Below are positions 35,949 through 36,072 of a DNA stretch of 36,072 nt, piece by piece. Under the pieces are notes generated by a model, which was not told the DNA's origin, did not search any database, and worked only from the letters and a program-made list of their open reading frames with translations. Source of the stretch: Myxococcota bacterium (GTDB taxonomy: Bacteria; Myxococcota_A; UBA796; UBA2385); NCBI GenBank assembly GCA_044344255.1, contig JBIJDH010000043.1, positions 1 to 36,072 of the forward strand, written 5' to 3'. A program made the position numbers and the translations under genes. Within the stretch, counting starts at the first letter, position 1; the number at the start of each line of letters is the position of its first letter.

Positions 35949-36072
35949 CAGGGCGATCGCATCTAAACGTCCCATTTATCCGCCAATTACTTTGAGCAGG
36001 TATTCGTTGTCCCAGCCCGCCCTCATGCGCTTCGTCTTCACGCCGACCTTCCGCGAGGTCTCCTGCTTGAGG
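35949..36072 (-). mobile_element. ISAs1-family insertion sequence, downstream end (partial)
   Basis: Terminal CAGGGCGATCGCATC resembles ISAs1-family inverted repeats, next to the transposase C-terminus on the minus strand. Confidence 0.82.
35976..36071 (-). CDS. ISAs1-family transposase, C-terminal 31 aa (partial)
   Basis: LKQETSRKVGVKTKRMRAGWDNEYLLKVIGG* matches the typical KRxxAGWDxxYLxxxL ending. Confidence 0.85.
   Translation of the reverse strand, partial: LKQETSRKVGVKTKRMRAGWDNEYLLKVIGG

Noticed and set aside
1..36072. tRNA, rRNA or known riboswitch
   Set aside because: None recognisable by eye; an Infernal/tRNAscan run would be needed to exclude them.

Overview
This is a very GC-rich bacterial window. 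Its gene content (MopE-like/FG-GAP surface protein, Ser/Thr kinase-FGE fusion, Cys-rich lipoproteins, PilA-like protein) suggests Myxococcota or a related lineage, which is an inference. From 1 to 24035 the window holds mostly envelope and housekeeping genes. These include a >1400-aa modular surface lipoprotein that runs off the left edge and is absent from the ORF track, Tex, a zincin/TolB-like protein, DUF2237, a broken Uma2 gene, a GT4, an AKR, an FAD oxidase, a probable pseudokinase-FGE protein, an ABC1 kinase, a polytopic membrane protein and a sulfatase-like enzyme. A ~7.1-kb accessory segment (24077-31188) is bracketed by a duplicated HD-gene-end/sulfatase-start sequence. It carries a Septu-like ABC-ATPase + HNH-wHTH pair between two direct copies of an IS91/ISCR-like oriIS end. 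It also carries a decayed IS91-family transposase, a hypF remnant, a sigma54 promoter driving an unannotated 19-aa peptide (MKSKTNLKAG-IFDRPSYQG) followed by a Cys-rich lipoprotein, and a Fur-boxed bfd-bfr pair. The right end has an HD hydrolase, an amidase, a pilin-like protein lacking a prepilin cleavage site, a lipoprotein and a Sel1 gene cut by an ISAs1 element. All family calls come from motif recognition by eye; no searches were run.
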